Below are positions 10,123 to 19,729 of a stretch of 64,000 bases of DNA, piece by piece. The number at the start of each line of letters is the position of its first letter. The stretch's first letter is position 1. A model generated the notes under the pieces. The model made no database searches. It was not told where the DNA came from and worked only from the letters and a program-made list of their open reading frames with translations. This DNA comes from Thermoplasmatota archaeon (GTDB lineage: Archaea > Thermoplasmatota > JAKEGO01), in the NCBI GenBank assembly GCA_028279595.1, contig JANQNK010000002.1, positions 1,970 to 65,969 of the forward strand. The letters are read 5' to 3'. A program made the translations under genes and the position numbers.

Positions 10123-10971
10123 ATGTTCGGAATAGGAAGGAAGGTGAAAGCGAAGACACCATACATGATGCTCGGGTTTATGGTTGCGGGTCTTATGATC
10201 GGATCATTTAATGTAACAGCTGAGGGACCGATCCCGGACGATGATAATCCAATAGGATATCTCCACCTTGAGAATGAAGAATCAAACTTTGAAGAGAACG
10301 AAGAGGCATGGATTAATCAATTGATTTCTGATCCTGAATCAGTTGGAAGTCAGCATGTCGAAACAACATCTACTAGCCTTGAGTCTAAAGGATATTGGTT
10401 CTATGTTCGAGATAGTCCGGATGATGATGTAGATCTAGATAATGACTTGTATTTCTGTGAAACCAATTCTACATCGAATTTCACTGTTCATATCGAGTTC
10501 GAAAGAGGGGCTCCGGATGAACTTGAATTTAGATTATATAATTCTTCACCCCCAGATGTGGAAGTAATCGATGAAGTTATCCTTGGATATAATGAGGAGG
10601 GCATCTACAATTCAAGCTGGAATATCTCTGGTAAGAAAATAATCCCTGCGGGCAATCGACTTTATTTTATTTTATCATGGTACACACCAGATGCCGGACT
10701 TAACTCGTGGACAATTTTTCTCAATAATAAAAGTTATATTGAATTTCCTATCGCTATCGACTCGAATGATAATGGGATACCAGATTATCTAGAAGATGAA
10801 CCTGAGCCTCCCGGAGATCCAGATCCGGACCCCGACCCGAATGATTCGGACACTGACAATCAGAGACCAACAAGAGACAAGGATGGAAATCTGCTACCAG
10901 GATTCGGAATATCTTTATCCATTCTTGCAGTCGTTGTTACCGCGTTTCTAATTTCAAAGAATAATGTCTAA
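10123..10971 (+). CDS. Secreted acidic protein with PGF-CTERM-like C-terminal sorting signal
   Basis: Signal peptide from Met45 of the ORF (MFGIGRKVKAKTPYMMLGFMVAGLMIGSFNVTAEG). Asp/Pro linker EPEPPGDPDPDPDPNDSDTD, then LLPGFGISLSILAVVVTAFLISKNN. The start is uncertain (9991, 10072 or 10123). Confidence 0.6.
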   Translation: MFGIGRKVKAKTPYMMLGFMVAGLMIGSFNVTAEGPIPDDDNPIGYLHLENEESNFEENEEAWINQLISDPESVGSQHVETTSTSLESKGYWFYVRDSPDDDVDLDNDLYFCETNSTSNFTVHIEFERGAPDELEFRLYNSSPPDVEVIDEVILGYNEEGIYNSSWNISGKKIIPAGNRLYFILSWYTPDAGLNSWTIFLNNKSYIEFPIAIDSNDNGIPDYLEDEPEPPGDPDPDPDPNDSDTDNQRPTRDKDGNLLPGFGISLSILAVVVTAFLISKNNV

Positions 10972-11370
10972 TATGCTATGAAACTCAGGACGATGATTAG
11001 GAATTGATTCCCGCATAATGTCCTATTACAATTCGAGTATTGAAGTTGGAAGAGTGGTAGGGAGAACTTCTTGCGATCCCTCTACGTTCAGGCTCATTTA
11101 AACTAGAATTTTCACCTAGTATAGCTCGTTGAGATATCTGTCGGTTCCAGTCCGTTTCATTTTTCTTTTCACATTCATCACTTAAATTCCCCTTATCAAG
11201 CAAACATGATCATTATAGATCCACCGACTCCCATCAATATTCATATCATTCAATTCTCCTGGGCTCCAATATGGTCCTAGGAAATTCAAGGAATGAGGGT
11301 ATCATAACTAGATTGACCGGATTATTTTTTTCTACAGAATGTAAAATCTGCAGAAATTCTGTATGAATAT

Positions 11371-11437
11371 ATGAGGGGGCGTGCCTGATTCGGTATTCAC
11401 CTCCGTTGCGGATCTATTGTAATACCGGGGCACCCCC
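11371..11437. repeat. Long imperfect hairpin: GGGGGCGTGCC..CGGTATT / AATACCG GGGCACCCCC
   Basis: Complementary arms read directly. Lies in a roughly 1.15-kb stretch with no credible ORF. Confidence 0.4.
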
Positions 11438-11827
11438 AACTTTTCAAATATGGCAAATGGTATAACCTTCAAAATCATCAGCAGATTGGTTCAGGTAAGG
11501 ATTCGACAATGGTATTCTGACGAAGAGGTAACACGGCGATTCCATCTGGTAACATTTTTTCTTTGTAGAGAAGTAAATTTTTGTCCCACAATTGGTGAAA
11601 TTCTGATATGGCAAGGTCGATGACAAATCCTCATGGCGCGGAACTCATCACCGAAACCGTGTAATGGTCGGTTACCGATACCTCCGATGATGGTTGGCAT
11701 CTACACCCGAAGGTCCCACAGTCATCGAACCTTGCCTGAAGCACATCACATTGGTAGTAGTACCGTTTTATGACCTTATTTTTACAGCTCGATATTCGCA
11801 TCCCTGTCGATTACGATAATAATTTCA

Positions 11828-11962
11828 GGGGATGCGATCGGACCTAACTTATTCGAGGGGACCAAATAAAGTGGGGGTGACGCATCCCCCTTTTGCTGCT
11901 AATGAGAGAACGGCAAGGCGGTTGGTAATTGTCCGGATTCCAAGGTACTTTCCCGTTCTCTC
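11828..11962. repeat. Two successive, overlapping inverted repeats: GGGGATGCG/CGCATCCCC and GAGAGAACGG/CCGTTCTCTC
   Basis: Arms at 11828-11836/11881-11889 and at 11904-11913/11953-11962. Followed by TAAGAGAAACACTGATA, which resembles the 18.2-kb repeat. Confidence 0.4.
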
Positions 11963-12357
11963 AATATAATTAAGAGAAACACTGATATTAATTTATTGTG
12001 GGTAAGAAGGCGAAATCCAAACACACTGTTTGGGGGATTCGGTGGGACCATATCAGTGCCAACCAGTATTCCAACTTAGCTAGGCGATGCCCGAATCCCC
12101 CGTTGTGTCTTCTCGAGAGAGTATGTCGAGGGGTGATCTCGCGCATTCGGTGTTGCGGAAGTCCTCGAACTCTCTCGATTGGAACCACAATCGTGAAATC
12201 ATATTTATTCATTATAGTAAAGACCGGACAAATCGTGGATGATTAGATAAATTTGGATGGACACTCAATTGTAATAGTAAATGAGAATATGATATTTCAG
12301 GGATTCATCCATTAAAATATTATATTATTACCGACATTATCCGTCGGTGGTCATAAC

Positions 12358-13080
12358 ATGGCGCAATCGAAGGTCCCAAAATCGGTAGACGAAGTTATCA
12401 AGGAAATCGAGTCGTTCGAAAAGGAAGTACAAAAGATCGGAAGACAAGCTTTCAAACAAGGAGAATATATACAAACGAAAATTCTGATCGAGTCCGCGAC
12501 CCGAATGAACACATTGAAGAAATCATTCAACGAGCTCGGAATGGAACTAAGCGATGTGTTCTCAGACGCGGAAGCTCAACTTAAGAACCTTCCTGCAGGA
12601 AAAACTCGTACGTCGACGAAACGTATACCACGCGGAAAGAAAACTCCGGAGGACGCATATCGAGAACCGATACTCAATGCACTCTCAGAACTCGGTGGGA
12701 AAGGAACTACATCAGAGGTCCTCGACAAGGTCTACGAACAGTTGAAAGACGTCCTAAATCAATTCGATAAACAACCAGTCCCCTCAGTACCTTCACAACA
12801 GAGGTGGCGACACACTGCGCAGATCGTCCGAAACAAGATGATGAATGAAGGCTTGGTCAAGAAGAACTCGCCTCGCGGTATTTGGGAAATTTCTACCGCC
12901 GGGACGAAGACGATCACACCGAATAAGTCCTCAAAGAAATCGTCTCAATCGAAGAAGAGCTCATCGTCGAAGAAATCGACGTCCAAACCTAAATCCAAGA
13001 CCTCTTCCAAGAAGCAGTCGTCTTCGAAGAAGTCCACGACTCTGGAAAAGACGGAATCGAAACCTGACGCGAAGAAGTAA
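12358..13080 (+). CDS. Coiled-coil plus Mrr_N-like winged-helix protein with Lys/Ser-rich basic tail (paralog 1)
   Basis: PILNALSELGGKGTTSEVLDKVYEQL...SQQRWRHTAQIVRNKMMNEGLVKKNSPRGIWEISTAG resembles the N-terminal wHTH of Mrr-type restriction proteins. Tail is SSKKSSQSKKSSSSKKSTSKPKSKTSSKK. Clear paralog at 24601-25224. Confidence 0.75.
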   Translation: MAQSKVPKSVDEVIKEIESFEKEVQKIGRQAFKQGEYIQTKILIESATRMNTLKKSFNELGMELSDVFSDAEAQLKNLPAGKTRTSTKRIPRGKKTPEDAYREPILNALSELGGKGTTSEVLDKVYEQLKDVLNQFDKQPVPSVPSQQRWRHTAQIVRNKMMNEGLVKKNSPRGIWEISTAGTKTITPNKSSKKSSQSKKSSSSKKSTSKPKSKTSSKKQSSSKKSTTLEKTESKPDAKK

Positions 13081-13251
13081 TCAACCGATTCAAAGCTCGA
13101 AGACACCAAGACCACGAATTTATACCCTACAATGACGAATCCGTCGACGCAGCTTGCGCTAATGATGGCCATTTCGTTAATCTGAGCCCTTTGCATGCGG
13201 TTCTCAGCCTCATTACCGCAACACTGCGCAGGTATAATCTCTATTAATTAT

Positions 13252-13509
13252 TCAAGTTGTTTGATCGATGATATTAAAGTGCTCCTGCATCTCCTGATGA
13301 AGTTGATTAAGTTCTTGCAGATTGGAGTGCAGATCCCCTTTTATTTCAAGAAGTCTTTTTTCAACTTCATTCACGTATTTAATACGTAAATGTTTATGAG
13401 TTTTATACGCGTCAACACCAATGGCTTGAAGGTCTCGCTCAACCGAATCTAGATAATGTTGGAGGTTTTTTACTTGAGTATCTACTTTCTTCCTATCCAT
13501 GTATCCCAT
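13252..13509 (-). CDS. Small hypothetical coiled-coil protein
   Basis: 85-aa ORF with heptad-like charged/hydrophobic pattern. No family recognised. Confidence 0.35.
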   Translation of the reverse strand: MGYMDRKKVDTQVKNLQHYLDSVERDLQAIGVDAYKTHKHLRIKYVNEVEKRLLEIKGDLHSNLQELNQLHQEMQEHFNIIDQTT

Positions 13510-13743
13510 CCCCGGGACTCCCTATAACGCGTTTTATGTTGATATAATTATTCATCGACGTTATTGATATATACATTTTAGATTTCATAACTCTCAGATG
13601 TGACAATGGGTCAGTCTACCGAATTATCAGAACATTTTCCATATTGATTATTCCATAATGAGCCCACTCTCTACCGGCATGGAAGATCCGTATAGGAAAT
13701 TGATAAGTAACTCCGTATCCTTCTCCTGTCCCCCCGAACTGTC

Positions 13744-13808
13744 GTTTACTGTAAGAAACGTTGGTACATAATTGTAATATTACCGTTACAACCGGGGGGA
13801 AATTCCTC
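13744..13808 (+). repeat. Copy B of the island repeat family
   Basis: 19-mer identical to 2512-2530. Its interior aligns with 18254-18290 (AATTGTAATaTTACCG). GAAATTCCTC at 13799-13808. Abuts the stop of the 1374-aa gene. Confidence 0.8.
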
Positions 13809-13812
13809 AACC

Positions 13813-16800
13813 TCATGTTCTTCGTCGGGAATTCCAAAGAATGGCGGTAATAACAATAAAGATTGTCGGGAGAATCGCGATTTCAGGGATCTTTTCGGGA
13901 GAACTCGTTTCGACTGGATCTTCGTGAGGATATCTGTCCTCAGCATTGCCGGGACCGTCTATGGAGTATGTACCCGAACCGCTCCAATCGGACCAATAAT
14001 TCCCCTCGGTGATACCATCATCCCATTCATTGTGTGATGTATTGTCGTAAGCTTGGGACGATGCACCAGTATTGTTCGCGAAGTTATTATGGTGAACCTT
14101 CATTTGTGTTGACCCTGAAGAGTATATTCCATAATTGCCATTCCCGAATATCTCATTGAAGATAATGGTAATATTGTCAGAGGAGCTAATGAATAATCCG
14201 TAATCATCGTTGTTAGAGCAGGTATTGTTTGCTACATGAATTTTGACAGAGGAATTGTAATGGATACCAATGTAGTTATCAGACACGTTACAATTCTTGA
14301 TTGTATGGCCATATGAACCATTCGAATAAATTCCTTGAACGTTGTCAATTATCGTGCTATTAAAGATAGCGGCACTGTTATTCGTTAAGTTAATTCCTGC
14401 GCGGCTTCCGTTCCGGATCGTGATATGGCTGATATTAACATCTGAACCGGTTATTTCGATAACATTCCCGGTATTATTCCCATCAATGATCGTCTCTTCA
14501 GAACCATTGCCAACAATCGTTATTGATACGGGAATAACCAGGTTCTCTATGAATAATCCTTCATAAACTAATATCGTGTCACCTGCAGTTGCATTATCGA
14601 TTGCATCCTGAATAAATTGGTAATCTGCTCCCCCATCATCATCTACAGTGATGATTGAAGAACTATATATTCCTTCTATCCTAATTGGCCAACTATTACA
14701 GAACGAGAATGGTTGGCTTATTCCATCGTCTATGGTGGCACAGATGTAATGAGTACCATTCGTGACATTTGTTATATCCCATTCAATTGTACCAAATCTA
14801 TCGTTCTCCTCATGGTAACCTATTAGATTATCACCAGATTCTCCATCCGAGTATGTGAATGTGACATTGGCTATACTATCTTTGTCGCTCGCGTAGTATG
14901 AGATAGCTATAGTTTCTGATGCCATACGATTAACTGTCAATTGGTCGATATTTGGAATGAGGATCACATACGGCATATCATTTCCACCAACCTCGATATC
15001 AAGTTCATTTACCAGAGGATATCGATCTTTAGCAGGACTATCTCCATCGATGTGATATTTTTCTTCTCCAATACCATCGTCATCAGTATCCGTACCTGTG
15101 TAATCCGACCAATAGTTGCCACTCGATCCATAATCCCAGTCATTGCTGGAACTGTTCCCACCATCGTCCAATCCTTGTGCAGTTGCGTTGATCGAAATAA
15201 TGTTGTCAATGAAATTATTATGATGTATCATGCATCGAACGGTGAATCTATCCGCGGACACCCCATACCCGTGGTTACGACGCAATTCATTATCATAGAT
15301 TGATATTGTACGAGCCTCATCAAGAACGATACCTTCACCTTGATTATTAATGAATAAGTTATTCTGAATGATGAACCTCTTCGAGTCCATGATATCCAAT
15401 CCTATTGAATTATTGATAAAAGAACAATTCTTGACCATAAGTCCTTCCGAACTATAGCTCCGTAGACCTACTCCGATGTTGTCTGAAATGTTATTGTCAA
15501 TATATGTGTCGTCAACAGCATTTCGTGAGAGAATCGCTTCGTCCCAGTTATTCCTCATGATACAATTAACGAATGAATTCTCGAGAGTGTCCCTCAAGTA
15601 CAGGCTTCTTCTGCTTCCTGAAAGGTTCGAATTTATTACAAGGTTCCGAATACCTGTGTCCATAGAAAATGCATTACTTGAAGCGCTATGGATTTCACAT
15701 CCTGAGATTGTATTATTATCACCGTCGTTCATTGTCAATCCAACACTACTTGGATTATCTATCGTACAGTTGAATAGTGTCGAATTATCAACTCCTATCA
15801 TGTATACTGATCGCGCGGATACATTAACAAAATAGACGTTGGACGATTGAAACAGTCGGATATTCGCGGGTACTTCTACTTTCTTGGAGCTCTCAAAGAT
15901 AACGTTGTTGCAGTGAGCCATCATTATGTGCGGGCTTGCATTGAATTGCGCTCCATCGTAGGAGAAATAGGAGCAATTGACAACGATTATCTGTCCTACG
16001 TCGTTTGGTATTATAAATTCACTACTATTTAATTTGAAAAAAACCTGTTTTCCATTGACTGTATTATTAAAGATAAAGTGGGTTGTGAAGTGTTCGATAT
16101 CAGAACCCCAGAATTGTATGGAATCGTTCACGAGGGTACAATCAGTGACACGGGATCCCGTTGCAGAATTTATTAGGATTCCGCCACCAATTCCACTGTC
16201 GGAAACCGTACAGTTGACTATAGATGTTCTCTGACCCATAACACCGATCCCGGTCCCCGATGTAAAAGTAATATTACTATTGGTAATTGTTGTATTATCG
16301 CTTTTCGACCTGATTCCGGACAGGCAATGTTCAATCAGACAATTGTCAATGTAGGCCTCATTGGAGTCATCAAGCCTGATCGCATAATCCTCTATCTTTG
16401 AGAAAGTGCAATTGTCTACCTTCGTATCCGTGCAGTGTTCGAAGGTCAATCCCATTGGTAATTGGTCGAAACTTGATGATGATATAGTTACGTTATCTGA
16501 ATATACAACCTTCAATGTCTCGGTATAATTGAAGACACAATCATTGATATTTACATTTGAGCTACCTACGATGATAATTTGAGACACATCTGATTCGATT
16601 GAATATGATGACTCATTCTTGATGAAGATGATCGGTTTACCGTTAAGGGTGCAATTGGTAATCACATGTGAGTTATAATGTTGTACCTCGTTCCCTTTAA
16701 TCGAAATGAACTCATCGATAAACCTGCATCGCTCGATGCTAATTCCTATCTTATTGTATATTTCGAACCGTCCATGGAAATAATCGTTATACGTCCATTC

Positions 16801-17937
16801 GGAGGACTTGATCTTACAACCGATTACACTTGTACGATCACCAAAATGTCGAATGGCTTTGGAATTGTTTGAGATAACACACCTCTTAATTAAGATGTCA
16901 GGGACATCCCTAAGCCAAATCCCTTCCTCCGAATTTGAGAATATGTTGGAGCTGTATATTGACGAATATTGAGAATCACCTCTAAATTGAAACCCATTTT
17001 CATTCTGACTCAAGGTGCAATTATTGAATGTGTTATTCCATCCATCCCATACGGATATTCCAGACTCGGTATTATTGATTATTTGAGCTTCAGTGACATT
17101 GACGTTGTCACTCCCCCATACGTCAATCCCAACCCCATCATTATTGACGATAGTGCAACCGCGTACTACAACCCCGTCCGATCCCCTAAGGAATAGCGTT
17201 TCTGCTCCAATGATAGAATGACTAGATTTTGTGTTTCTAAGGGTTGAATTTTCAATTATGCAACTGTCAGTTCCCCAAACACCCCAAACATATATCGCAT
17301 TGTCTGTACAATTATCTATCACGCATGAATCAATCGTAGCATTGGCTGAAGTGATCATGATTCCAATACCGCTAATATCTTTAATCTGAGAGGCCCGAAT
17401 GTTGGTGTATTGACCGTTGATGCTGATACCAGCACTACAATTAGTGACAACAGAATCAGAGATCGTGTTGTGCGTGCGAGTGTTATTAATTCGAATTCCT
17501 TGTGTACTATTGAAGATACGACAGTCCTCAATTAGGTTTCCATGTGATGCAATCCTTAGGCCGCGATTAGTCTTGGAACCAGTGATCCCAAAAAATGAAA
17601 TAGAACAATTACTAGCAGAAATCAGGAGACCATCACCATCGCCACCACTTCTAATAATCGATTCAGTCGTACCATTTCCAATTAGGAGAACACGTTTGTA
17701 AACATCGATCTCATCGATAGAGTCATCGGGAGAATAATTTCCCGCGAAAACGCGGATTGTATCACCGATCACTGCGTTTTGAATCCCATCTTGAATTGTC
17801 CCATACGGATTATCTTCTGCCCCGGTGGCAGACATGTTTCCCTCATTATCATCATCAACGTAAATTGTCGCACCTTGAGTATTGATCCCTATCAATACTA
17901 ATGCTAGAATCGCTAATGCAAAGATGGTCCCTTTCAT
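13813..17937 (-). CDS. Giant (1374 aa) two-module parallel beta-helix (NosD-like) surface protein with signal peptide and C-terminal TM anchor
   Basis: MKGTIFALAILALVLIGINTQGA signal. Module starts TIYVDDDNEG..GTIQDGIQNAVIGDTIRVFAGNY and IITVDDDGGADYQFIQDAIDNATAGDTILVYEGLF. Module ends GNYWSDYTGTDTDDDGIGEEKYHI..DRYPL and GNYWSDWSGSGTYSIDG..DRYPH. C-terminal ILPTIFIVITAILW. Confidence 0.85.
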   Translation of the reverse strand: MKGTIFALAILALVLIGINTQGATIYVDDDNEGNMSATGAEDNPYGTIQDGIQNAVIGDTIRVFAGNYSPDDSIDEIDVYKRVLLIGNGTTESIIRSGGDGDGLLISASNCSISFFGITGSKTNRGLRIASHGNLIEDCRIFNSTQGIRINNTRTHNTISDSVVTNCSAGISINGQYTNIRASQIKDISGIGIMITSANATIDSCVIDNCTDNAIYVWGVWGTDSCIIENSTLRNTKSSHSIIGAETLFLRGSDGVVVRGCTIVNNDGVGIDVWGSDNVNVTEAQIINNTESGISVWDGWNNTFNNCTLSQNENGFQFRGDSQYSSIYSSNIFSNSEEGIWLRDVPDILIKRCVISNNSKAIRHFGDRTSVIGCKIKSSEWTYNDYFHGRFEIYNKIGISIERCRFIDEFISIKGNEVQHYNSHVITNCTLNGKPIIFIKNESSYSIESDVSQIIIVGSSNVNINDCVFNYTETLKVVYSDNVTISSSSFDQLPMGLTFEHCTDTKVDNCTFSKIEDYAIRLDDSNEAYIDNCLIEHCLSGIRSKSDNTTITNSNITFTSGTGIGVMGQRTSIVNCTVSDSGIGGGILINSATGSRVTDCTLVNDSIQFWGSDIEHFTTHFIFNNTVNGKQVFFKLNSSEFIIPNDVGQIIVVNCSYFSYDGAQFNASPHIMMAHCNNVIFESSKKVEVPANIRLFQSSNVYFVNVSARSVYMIGVDNSTLFNCTIDNPSSVGLTMNDGDNNTISGCEIHSASSNAFSMDTGIRNLVINSNLSGSRRSLYLRDTLENSFVNCIMRNNWDEAILSRNAVDDTYIDNNISDNIGVGLRSYSSEGLMVKNCSFINNSIGLDIMDSKRFIIQNNLFINNQGEGIVLDEARTISIYDNELRRNHGYGVSADRFTVRCMIHHNNFIDNIISINATAQGLDDGGNSSSNDWDYGSSGNYWSDYTGTDTDDDGIGEEKYHIDGDSPAKDRYPLVNELDIEVGGNDMPYVILIPNIDQLTVNRMASETIAISYYASDKDSIANVTFTYSDGESGDNLIGYHEENDRFGTIEWDITNVTNGTHYICATIDDGISQPFSFCNSWPIRIEGIYSSSIITVDDDGGADYQFIQDAIDNATAGDTILVYEGLFIENLVIPVSITIVGNGSEETIIDGNNTGNVIEITGSDVNISHITIRNGSRAGINLTNNSAAIFNSTIIDNVQGIYSNGSYGHTIKNCNVSDNYIGIHYNSSVKIHVANNTCSNNDDYGLFISSSDNITIIFNEIFGNGNYGIYSSGSTQMKVHHNNFANNTGASSQAYDNTSHNEWDDGITEGNYWSDWSGSGTYSIDGPGNAEDRYPHEDPVETSSPEKIPEIAILPTIFIVITAILWNSRRRT

Positions 17938-18147
17938 ACTATCGATAATTTGTTGTAGTTATCAGTATAAGGTAATATTGGAACGAGTCTTTATAGAGCT
18001 CCATCAACAGTTCTTGTTACTCCAATTGGCAATGTGTCCTCAAGCGGGCCATTTATGAGGTTTCAGAAGGATGTGTGAGATGGTAATCTCTACACCGAAC
18101 CCAAAGGTATCCATCAATATTAATCCCGGTAATTTCACATTTTTAAT

Positions 18148-18157
18148 TTACCGGTAA
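18148..18157. promoter_or_regulatory. Palindrome TTACCGGTAA upstream of the giant beta-helix gene; second, longer copy TTTTACCGGTAAAA at 18272-18285
   Basis: Both copies read directly. A half-site CCGGTAA is at 18126-18132. All lie in the intergenic region upstream of the start at 17937. Confidence 0.35.
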
Positions 18158-18242
18158 TTCGGTGCCATAATCCCTCTCGCCGCACTAACATTTCTTTGAA
18201 GAACTCGTATTCAATCGACCACTGTGTTTACGTTGATGATTT

Positions 18243-18328
18243 CTGTAAGAAACACTGATACGGAATTGTAATTTTACCGGTAAAATCACGCCAATTTCCC
18301 CCCCTTCTCGTAGGATCGTTTCTTACAG
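18243..18328. repeat. 86-bp unit bounded by 11-bp inverted copies of the family core (CTGTAAGAAAC ... GTTTCTTACAG)
   Basis: Arms at 18243-18253 and 18318-18328. Interior carries TTTTACCGGTAAAA and a C7 run. The left part aligns with copy B. Confidence 0.75.
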
Positions 18329-18409
18329 CAAACGTGCATTGGAATCTTACAATATCATAATATTCTTAAATTCCAAAATTGATGTATCGGAAAATAATCT
18401 TAATAGGCA

Positions 18410-19729
18410 CTAGTAGTTATTAACAATCCACTGTTTTAGAAGTTGTTGTTTTTGTCCAATTTTCCCTTTTGCAATCTCGATATTTATATCATTGGGTAAG
18501 GTAGATAATATTGGGTGAATTGCTTTTAAATAGGTACTTCCTACGTTGATAAATACATCGGAATAGTCTTTGTTCTGCAGTATCTTGTGAAACTGACCTC
18601 TTATTTGGTCTATAAAGGTTTCAACATTTTCAAGGGACAATTTTTCATCATACGGTGAAATCACCTTCGTTGGTTCAATTAAACCATATTTCGATGAAAT
18701 AATAAATATATCGAATCCATCTCTATTAGAAAATGACCAAAGATGTTTCCTTAAAATTTTAAACATGATCCCATCGTATATTTTAATTGCCTGAGCCTTT
18801 TTCAATGAGGGATGTTTTGTTTTTGAGCATGAAATAATAATCATTTTATTATTGGGGTTCCAATACTGATTCCTTGAAAGGATATTAGCGTTAATATAAT
18901 CTCTAATTTGATAATATCGCTTTTTTTGAGCTGGGACATTTCCACGCTTTGGGGACGATCCTTGATATTGAAAAATCCACCCTTTATAGTCACTTCCAAA
19001 TACAGAGTATCGTCTGAATAAAATATGTCGTTTTGGAGAATAGCAACCAAGCGCGAAGAGATTAATATTGGGATAGTTATCACGAATTTCTGAGAGTATT
19101 AATCTTAAATTATCCTCATTTCTCACGTTAACGTATCTTACACTATTAACTCTTTTTACAAGCATTCCCCCTATTCCGATATATGAATATCCCAATTCAA
19201 TTAATTCTGAGACACAGTCGATATATTCATTCACTGATTTTCCTTGGGCGACTCCAAGTAATTTAAATGAATATGAGTTGTCTTGATATTCTTCGATTGC
19301 TTTTGTTGCACTTATAAGGGTTTGAGTACGATCCTTTATAATATCAATAATTACTCCAAAATCAATTTTCAGCTTTTCGTACTCTTGAAATAAATATGTA
19401 TAATCTAAATTTGAATATCCTTCTTTCGTAAAAACTGCAGAGTCGCAAATTGTGAATATTTTCCTTTGAAATTCTAGTCCTGCCCGACATTGATTAATAT
19501 CAATTTTATAAGGACATGGATTATCTTCAATGATGCTACACCGTTGTGGATTGACACATGGGAAAACTTTGAATGCTTCTTTAAAATTCTTATGAGTATT
19601 TACATGTGTCATTAATCCAATATGTTTGTTCTCTGGTATCTTAATTCCACTGATTATTCTTAAGGATGCTTGTCTATCTGCAACTAAGTAAGGAGTGAAT
19701 TTTTTTACATTGAGATTTGGATTAGTCAT
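18410..19729 (-). CDS. TGT/DpdA-like transglycosylase TIM-barrel domain fused to a C-terminal SCSxxK...PYD (DUF6884-like) domain
   Basis: TGT-fold landmarks in the right order: ICDSAVF (cf. DSGGFQ), LLGVAQGKS (cf. GIVQGG), YIGIGGMLV (cf. GYAIGGL), LFALGCYSP...VFGSDYKGW (cf. LLGVG.P...DMFDCV). C-terminus has IIISCSKTKH...IKIYDG..F...IFIISSKYGLIEP...ISPYDEKL. Met3 at 19729 gives an ATGA overlap with the upstream stop; ATG 19735 is also possible. Confidence 0.7.
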   Translation of the reverse strand: MTNPNLNVKKFTPYLVADRQASLRIISGIKIPENKHIGLMTHVNTHKNFKEAFKVFPCVNPQRCSIIEDNPCPYKIDINQCRAGLEFQRKIFTICDSAVFTKEGYSNLDYTYLFQEYEKLKIDFGVIIDIIKDRTQTLISATKAIEEYQDNSYSFKLLGVAQGKSVNEYIDCVSELIELGYSYIGIGGMLVKRVNSVRYVNVRNEDNLRLILSEIRDNYPNINLFALGCYSPKRHILFRRYSVFGSDYKGWIFQYQGSSPKRGNVPAQKKRYYQIRDYINANILSRNQYWNPNNKMIIISCSKTKHPSLKKAQAIKIYDGIMFKILRKHLWSFSNRDGFDIFIISSKYGLIEPTKVISPYDEKLSLENVETFIDQIRGQFHKILQNKDYSDVFINVGSTYLKAIHPILSTLPNDINIEIAKGKIGQKQQLLKQWIVNNY

